From contig NC_086108.1 of assembly GCF_963921235.1 (NCBI RefSeq), forward strand, positions 45,138,001 through 45,202,000: a stretch of 64,000 nt of DNA. The letters are read 5' to 3'. The translations under genes and the position numbers were made by a program. A model generated the notes under the pieces. The model was given only the letters and a program-made list of their open reading frames with translations, was not told the origin of the DNA and did not search any database. Numbering within the stretch: position 1 is the first letter of the stretch; each line of letters begins with the position of its first letter. Source of the DNA: Mobula hypostoma (lineage: Eukaryota). Positions 63,243 to 64,000 of the stretch are shown here, one piece after another.

Positions 63243-63860
63243 CAAGTTCAGAGTAACTTTATTATCAGAGTAAGTATTTGTCACCATGCATTAACTACCT
63301 TGAGATTCATTTTCTTACAGAAAAATAAACAAACACAGTAGAATTTATGAAAACCAATAAATAACAAAGAATGACAAAATCAATGTGCAAAGGAGGACAA
63401 ATTGAGCAAATAATAAAAAATAAGTGAATAAATAATGCTGAGTTGTAAAGTCCTTGAATGTGAGTCTATGAATTGTGGAGTCAGTTTAGTGTTGAGGTGG
63501 GTGCAGTTCTCCTTGTTGGTTCAGGAGCCTGATGATTGTAGGATAATAACTGTTCCTGAACCTATTGATGTGGGACCCACGGCTCTTGTACCTTCTGCTC
63601 GATGGTGGTAGTACGGAGAGAAGAGAGCATGGTCTGGATGGTGGATTCCTTGATGATGGATGCTGCTTTCTTGTGGCAGCGCTCCTGGTAACTGTGCTCA
63701 GTGATGGGGAGGGCTTTGCCTGTGATGGGCTGGATTGTATCCACCACTCTTTGTAGATGTTCCTGTTCGTGGGTCTTGGTGTTTTCATATCAGGCCATGA
63801 TGCAGCCAGTCAGAATATCCTCCACTATTCATCTATAGAAGTTTGTCAAAGTTTTATGTG
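63243..63860 (-). mobile_element. Rex1/Babar LINE 3' fragment
   Basis: KALPITEHSYQERCHKKAASIIK; SSRRYKS..RFRNSYYPTIIRLLN. Confidence 0.85.
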
Positions 63861-64000
63861 ATTTATATGGCTATTAGTTAAGTTTTATTCTGTTCTACTG
63901 ACATTTGTCTTTATCCTTTATGCATATCATTGTCAGCTCACCATAATTTTCTATACTACAACTTTATGCTCAGCTTTAACCTCTATCTGACTACCACTTG

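Overview
Non-coding, repeat-dense vertebrate DNA, very probably from a cartilaginous fish (ray or shark). The taxon is inferred from V-SINE/HE1-type and SacSINE1/Deu-type SINEs, CR1 LINEs with an SGNH-esterase ORF1, and Rex1/Babar LINEs. I found no convincing host-gene exon; the recognisable ORFs are decayed transposon proteins and the longest remaining ones are microsatellite artefacts. Contents: two near full-length CR1s (24440-28313 +, 56236-60247 -) plus many CR1, Rex/Babar and L2 fragments; a deleted Gypsy LTR element; hAT, Tigger, Tc1 and Chapaev3-like DNA transposons; and a family of Penelope-derived terminal repeats carrying minimal hammerhead-ribozyme motifs, one with an intact core at 15763-15798. 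Several nested insertions have readable TSDs. I found no wholly new biological system. The best leads are the hammerhead repeat family, a composite hAT element carrying ends of other transposons, and two CpG-rich non-autonomous retroposon-like elements. Family names come from motif recognition, not database searches. Boundaries are approximate unless TSD/TIR coordinates are given.
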